DNA of 22,159 bases. Origin: a virus (taxonomy: Duplodnaviria; Heunggongvirae; Uroviricota; Caudoviricetes). Within the stretch, counting starts at the first letter, position 1. Every line of letters begins with the position of its first letter. The stretch covers positions 1 to 22,159 of the IMG/VR virus record IMGVR_UViG_2671180847_000010. One strand, given 5' to 3'. The notes under the pieces were generated by a model that saw nothing but the letters and a program-made list of their open reading frames with translations, was not told the DNA's origin and did not search any database. The position numbers and the translations under genes were made by a program. Below are positions 17,560-22,159 of this stretch, piece by piece.

Positions 17560-18453
17560 TTATTTTTTTGCCTTTTTAGCGGCGAAATACGGCGTCCAGT
17601 CACCAGTTTCCAGCGCCTTGGCTTTCAATTTGTCGAGGTTGTTGATTACTGCGCCGTTGCTCCCCTTAACTGTCGGGGTTGTGGCTGCCGTGGTTTTTGC
17701 TTTTGGCATGATTCTGGCCTTCGATTCGATACGTTCCAGCAGACGACCAATTGCTACGGGGTTGGTAGCTTCTGCCAGTTGCTTGCGCAGTTCAGCGTTG
17801 CGACCGAGTGCCAGAACAACGATTTCCGGCTTCTCTGACTCAAGAAGGATCATGTCCTGAATATGAACAGGAACATCTTCGCGTACAGCCTGCTCTGCAT
17901 CCTGGTAGCCAGCCACTTTCAGTGCTTTTACTCTCTGCATGTAATTGGCTGCTTTCTGCTGAAGCGTTGCGGTACGCGCCTCTTCCTCTCGTTTCCGCTC
18001 TCGTACTTGCTCCTGGTATTTGCCGTTATCCTCTGCCCACTTAGCCATGCGTTGCTGATAGATTTCTTCATCGAAACCGATGTCCTCATCATCCAGTTTT
18101 GGCATTCGCGGTGGTTGAGTGATTACCGGCTGCTGCTCGACGGGTTTCTGAGACTGACGCATCAGCTCTTTCAGCTCGCGGTCTTTCTCTTTAATCGTCT
18201 TGCGCAAGTGTTTTACCAGTCCATGCTCAGCTCCATCTTCGCTGGTTGGCGAGTCCAGCTTTTCGTCACCAAAGTAGAATTCCTGTTCTGATTCGTCGTC
18301 ATCAGTTTCAGTAGCTTCCTCTGCATCATTGCCGGAGGACTCACTGCCATCTTCTGTTTCGACTTCTTCAGCCAGTTCGACATCATCAGGAATCTGCTCT
18401 GACGCGTCGGTTTCGATTTCAACTTCTGGTGTGTTTTCTGCCATCTGGTCCAT
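17560..18453 (-). CDS. Scaffolding protein, P22 gp8-like
   Basis: 297 aa; highly acidic N-terminus and charged predicted helical body, Lys-rich C-terminus; located between portal and coat genes. Confidence 0.88.
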   Translation of the reverse strand: MDQMAENTPEVEIETDASEQIPDDVELAEEVETEDGSESSGNDAEEATETDDDESEQEFYFGDEKLDSPTSEDGAEHGLVKHLRKTIKEKDRELKELMRQSQKPVEQQPVITQPPRMPKLDDEDIGFDEEIYQQRMAKWAEDNGKYQEQVRERKREEEARTATLQQKAANYMQRVKALKVAGYQDAEQAVREDVPVHIQDMILLESEKPEIVVLALGRNAELRKQLAEATNPVAIGRLLERIESKARIMPKAKTTAATTPTVKGSNGAVINNLDKLKAKALETGDWTPYFAAKKAKK

Positions 18454-18543
18454 TTGTTACCCCTGTTTACTCGATGTTCAGCCCATCGGAAGGCAATAGG
18501 GTGCCAGGCCTCATAAAGACAGCCATTGCACGTTATGGGTTAA

Positions 18544-20742
18544 TTACTGCTGTGGTTGTTGCTGAGTTGATTTTTGCAGGATGCTGCTGATGTCCATGCG
18601 CTGCGCATGGCCCTGTGCCTGACTTTTCAGGACAAGCTCTGCATCAGCACGGGCATTATCTCCTTGCTGTTGCTGGAACTGTCCGAGCAGTTTCAGAGCC
18701 TCGCGGATATCAGATTTCTGCTGGCTATCGGCAGATGCGAGGATTTTCACAACGTTTGCCGCTGCAACCTGAGCATCAGTCTGTGCCTGGAATGCTTTAA
18801 CCTGAATGGCTGCCTGTTCGTTCTGCGCTTTCTGCAATTCAGCCTGACCTGCAAGAAGCTGACCTTGCGCTGCAACCATAGCCGGATCTGGCTGACTGGC
18901 CTGTTGTTGTTTCGCCTGCTCAACCATCTGCTGTTCTTCTGGTGTTCTCGGCTTGATAACTCCAGACAGAAGCAACTGATTGCGGTTGTATTCTTTAAGG
19001 TCGCCCATCCCTTCGCCGTCCATATTGTCGAGAATCATCGACGATACAAGGTCGTGCTTCGGCGTTCCTGGTGGGATAAGTGCCAGCATGGAAAGTAACG
19101 ACTTAACCGTTGCATCACGGCGAGTAGCGAACGACTGACCGACATCGACAGTCACTTCATAGTTGCCCTGCGAAAGGTCATTAAGCGCGATAACCTGCCC
19201 TGTCTGACGGTCAACCACTTCACCAGTCATCAGCGCCACGTCATCGCTGCCGTCCTCATTAACGATACGCATCGGCGTATCACTGCCATAGACCTCACGC
19301 GCCATAGAAAGCCACACAACGCCAGCGCGACGCATGGATTTAGCCATGTTGTCCATGTAGATATAGGACTGCGTGTCCATCCGATTAAAGATGCTATCAA
19401 CGGTATCGGTAGCGACGTTGCTCGGCATGTTCTCAAGCTGCGACGCACCTGTAATTTGCTGAATAGCCGTTCCGGTGTACTGCAATAGCCCGGCAAGAGC
19501 TGGAGGCATTTGTGTCGGAGGTGTATAACTGCTGACCTGAGCCTGCGCAGTAATATCTCCGTTTTTGTTTTTCAGACTGACCATCGGCAGGAACGCCGGG
19601 CGCTTTTTGTTGCGCTCCGCCCAATGAGTGGCAAGAGGACCAGGAATCATGTCAACATCAACTACAGGAATGCCATCACCGCCAGCCTGAGTAGCGTTAT
19701 CTGCAATCATGGAAACCATCAGGTTCTCAAGACGCTGTGCATCCATCGCTTTTGCTGCGTGGCCTTCGATTCGCTCCTGATTATCAACAAATGAACGACG
19801 CCCATATACCGGGATGAGAGGAATATGTTCGCCCGGAATACGCTTCGGTTCTTCCAGCCATTCAGCGCCAGACAGAAGACCGCAATAAACTCGGCGTTTC
19901 TTCACTGTCCGCTCACCAATCAGTTCGAATGCACCATCGGTCAGCTCGTCGACAATATCTTTGATTTGCTCTTCATCATAGATTGCCGTTTCTCCGCTAA
20001 CAGGGTTGCGCCACGCCGTGAGCTTCACCTTCTCTATGCGAACTTCGTAGTAACGTCCAACATAGATGGCGTCAGGCGTTGACCAGTCATACTGAGTACC
20101 AGTGTCATCCCGAGAAAGGCTTGCCGCAATGGAATCAGGGTATTCAGCCTCGAACGCTTTAGGCGTCATGGAGAACATTTCCATAGCCCACATAGCATCA
20201 GAGCGGTCATATTGTTTGCTGTCCTGATCGAAGAAGACGCATGTCGCTGGGTCGTAAACAGGAAGAAGGCTGATGCGTCTCTGCTCGTTACTCGGATCCA
20301 TTTCATCTTCGTAATCGGCACACATGCGGAAACAACCGAATCCGCCCGTTACAGCATCATCAAATGCGTTATCACACGCTTCGCCACCGGATGTTTCCTG
20401 ATAGTCAGCGCGGAATTTGCCGTTCATCTTTTCGGCTAACGCTTCCGATGCCTTATCGTCCTTCGGCCTGAATTTAACGCTGATGTGATTCTGTCGATAC
20501 TCGCCAATGATGCGATCACATTCACGGGCAATCTTATTCAGTTCAAAACGCGGATAATGCTCAAACCTGCCTTCATCAAATGAGTAACCAGCGTTTGTGC
20601 TGCCTTCCCACTGTGCGCCGGATACCCGGACGAAACGTTGAGCCTCAATAATCTGCTCACGCATATCCTGCGTTGCTGACCAGGCATTATCAAAGTTGCA
20701 CAGCACCTTGCGATGCCAGTCATTCATCTTTTTTTCTGCCAT
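18544..20742 (-). CDS. Portal protein, P22 gp1-like
   Basis: 732 aa; conserved portal segments (..GEHIP..PV.G.., ..TPEEQQ..VE..Q...Q.DPAMV.AQG.LL.GQAEL.KAQN.. and C-terminal Gln-rich helical barrel) as in P22 gp1 (recalled); follows terL with a 1-nt gap. Confidence 0.92.
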   Translation of the reverse strand: MAEKKMNDWHRKVLCNFDNAWSATQDMREQIIEAQRFVRVSGAQWEGSTNAGYSFDEGRFEHYPRFELNKIARECDRIIGEYRQNHISVKFRPKDDKASEALAEKMNGKFRADYQETSGGEACDNAFDDAVTGGFGCFRMCADYEDEMDPSNEQRRISLLPVYDPATCVFFDQDSKQYDRSDAMWAMEMFSMTPKAFEAEYPDSIAASLSRDDTGTQYDWSTPDAIYVGRYYEVRIEKVKLTAWRNPVSGETAIYDEEQIKDIVDELTDGAFELIGERTVKKRRVYCGLLSGAEWLEEPKRIPGEHIPLIPVYGRRSFVDNQERIEGHAAKAMDAQRLENLMVSMIADNATQAGGDGIPVVDVDMIPGPLATHWAERNKKRPAFLPMVSLKNKNGDITAQAQVSSYTPPTQMPPALAGLLQYTGTAIQQITGASQLENMPSNVATDTVDSIFNRMDTQSYIYMDNMAKSMRRAGVVWLSMAREVYGSDTPMRIVNEDGSDDVALMTGEVVDRQTGQVIALNDLSQGNYEVTVDVGQSFATRRDATVKSLLSMLALIPPGTPKHDLVSSMILDNMDGEGMGDLKEYNRNQLLLSGVIKPRTPEEQQMVEQAKQQQASQPDPAMVAAQGQLLAGQAELQKAQNEQAAIQVKAFQAQTDAQVAAANVVKILASADSQQKSDIREALKLLGQFQQQQGDNARADAELVLKSQAQGHAQRMDISSILQKSTQQQPQQ

Positions 20743-20743
20743 A

Positions 20744-22159
20744 TCAACCTACACCACAAGGAATTGAGTAACTGGAATAGTCGGGTTGCGCAGCCGACTC
20801 CGGGCAATGCATGCACATCATCAGCGCATCAGCCAGGTTAGGAGATGGAATACCGAGCTTCTGCTTCATTTCGACCTTAGTCATAAGCTCCAGCTTCCCG
20901 TTGTTATTGAATTTGCGCTGAATCTGCGTCAGTTCTGCAAACAGCTTCTCCAGCATCTTCTCGCCTATCGCTTCTTTGTCGAAACTCAGCATGTCGTCGG
21001 GGTCTGCATACTCACCGTGAACAACCGCCCGATATGTCAGATACAGCCTGTCAGCCAGCGCGTAATAGAATTGCGCTCGCTTATTGCGGAATACATCGCC
21101 AATAGTGCGAACGTTGTCGCCCTGTACGACTTCATCAGCCCATGCTCCGGCCTGGTAAGGCGCATCTTCATCGAATGGCGATTCGCTACCCTTGAACATC
21201 GTGGCGGTGATTTTCTTGCCGGAGAACGCTTCCGTTGTCTGTCTGCGTAGCCCGGCACCAACACCATCACCATCCCACAGGTAATGGTCAGCGCCGTCTT
21301 CAATCGCCAGCGAAGTAGCCCAGTCAGCACCCTCGTTGATGTCCATCAGCAGACCTTCGGCAATGCGCTTAACTACCGAACCGTGACGCGATGCATAACC
21401 TTTAGCATCTGGCCCTGTATCTGACGGGTCGTGCGCAGAGACAACCGCACCTTTCGCTTTCCATCCGAGTTTCTTGTGCGCATCGGTTGCGGCTTCAAGC
21501 CATTCACGTTTGATGATTGCCATATCACTTGCGCTTACTGGCTCACCAAGCCAGATGTGACGATATAGTGTCGGATTTCTGCGTTTGCACTCTTCCATCT
21601 CCAGACGGAGAACTTCAGGAAAGTGCGGGTTGTCGGTGTAGTTCACTGTCAGCAGGCAAATATCATCGGGAGGATTTACAACGAATCGCTGATAGGTATC
21701 GTCGAGGATGTTCTTAGGGTTGAAGCTCACCCATATTTCGGAAAACGGCTTGCGGATGGTTGGTATCAGAATATCCCATGATTCCTTCGTTACCGCTTCC
21801 GCTTCCTCCACCCAGCAGATATCAATACCTTCGAGCGATTTAATCTTCGTCGGGTTGTTTTTTATGCCGTAGAACATGAATTCAGCATTCGTTCCGAGAT
21901 GACGAATCATTGAACGCTGAATTTCAAACTCAGACGAATACCCTTCCCGCTCTATAGTGTCTTCAAGCAACCGGATTACCGAATCGCTGATACTGTTTTG
22001 CAGTTCACGAGCGCAGAGAATACGCACAGGCTGCCGACGCGCCGCCTCAACAAGCAGCCTCGCAATTGCCCATGACTTACCGCTACCTCGACCGCCTTTG
22101 GCGACTTTGTAGCGATGCGCCTCAATGAACGGTTCAAAGATAGGATTAATCGAGGTCAT
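20744..22159 (-). CDS. Terminase large subunit (Sf6 gp2 / P22 gp2-like)
   Basis: 471 aa; Walker A motif KGGRGSGKS near the N-terminus; N-terminus MTSINPIFEPF matches what I recall of Sf6 gp2. The start codon is the last three bases of the window, so upstream signals and terS are not visible. Confidence 0.92.
   Translation of the reverse strand: MTSINPIFEPFIEAHRYKVAKGGRGSGKSWAIARLLVEAARRQPVRILCARELQNSISDSVIRLLEDTIEREGYSSEFEIQRSMIRHLGTNAEFMFYGIKNNPTKIKSLEGIDICWVEEAEAVTKESWDILIPTIRKPFSEIWVSFNPKNILDDTYQRFVVNPPDDICLLTVNYTDNPHFPEVLRLEMEECKRRNPTLYRHIWLGEPVSASDMAIIKREWLEAATDAHKKLGWKAKGAVVSAHDPSDTGPDAKGYASRHGSVVKRIAEGLLMDINEGADWATSLAIEDGADHYLWDGDGVGAGLRRQTTEAFSGKKITATMFKGSESPFDEDAPYQAGAWADEVVQGDNVRTIGDVFRNKRAQFYYALADRLYLTYRAVVHGEYADPDDMLSFDKEAIGEKMLEKLFAELTQIQRKFNNNGKLELMTKVEMKQKLGIPSPNLADALMMCMHCPESAAQPDYSSYSIPCGVG

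Larger units (their letters stand above)
1084..22159. mobile_element. P22/Sf6-like prophage, left arm only (from the argW attL side to the terminase); continues beyond the window
   Basis: Integrase adjacent to a tRNA gene, followed by tailspike, an immI-like module and a full P22-order morphogenesis operon. attR and the early/lysis regions are not in the window; the exact attL core boundary within or near the argW 3' end cannot be set without the second repeat copy. Confidence 0.85.

Noticed and set aside
8529-20723. Many 60-300-aa ORFs antisense to or nested within the structural genes (e.g. 9200..9478, 10381..10788, 13167..13691, 16234..17121, 18574..19098, 19510..19794)
   Set aside because: They overlap strongly supported virion genes on the opposite strand or in an alternative frame and lack SD sequences; typical spurious ORFs in relatively GC-rich coding DNA.
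1-22159. CRISPR arrays, IS elements or transposase genes, rRNA genes, additional tRNAs
   Set aside because: No short regularly spaced direct repeats, no transposase-like ORFs or terminal inverted repeats, and no other tRNA-like sequence were seen on reading the window.

Overview
This window is the integrase-proximal end of a P22/Sf6-like short-tailed prophage inserted at tRNA-Arg (argW), next to the host FNT-family transporter gene yfdC. Everything here is read by eye from the sequence and the ORF track; no database search or computation was run. From left to right: yfdC (+), argW (+), an IntS-like P4-family tyrosine integrase (+), then a minus-strand tailspike whose N-terminal head-binding domain is P22-like but whose receptor-binding part carries SGNH-esterase-like motifs. 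Next is an immI-like regulatory island: a Mnt-like ribbon-helix-helix (RHH) repressor (+) convergent with a minus-strand operon of an Arc-like RHH, a Bro-N protein, an antirepressor-like protein and a 73-aa ORF, closed by a strong terminator. Divergent from that operon is a lambda-CI-like repressor whose peptidase S24 domain has Ala at the nucleophile position and no Ala-Gly cleavage site, followed by a signal-peptide protein. A lipoprotein gene with its own terminator and a 61-aa coiled-coil ORF sit between this and the structural genes. The rest (8.8-22.2 kb, minus strand) is a complete virion operon in P22 gene order, from large terminase through portal, scaffold, coat, gp4, gp10, gp26, gp14, gp7 and gp20 to gp16. 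The window ends exactly at the terminase start codon, so the small terminase, lysis genes, immC and attR lie outside it. The most interesting candidates are the non-cleavable CI-like repressor paired with the antirepressor operon, the putative esterase tailspike, and the small envelope-protein island in the position where P22 carries sieA.
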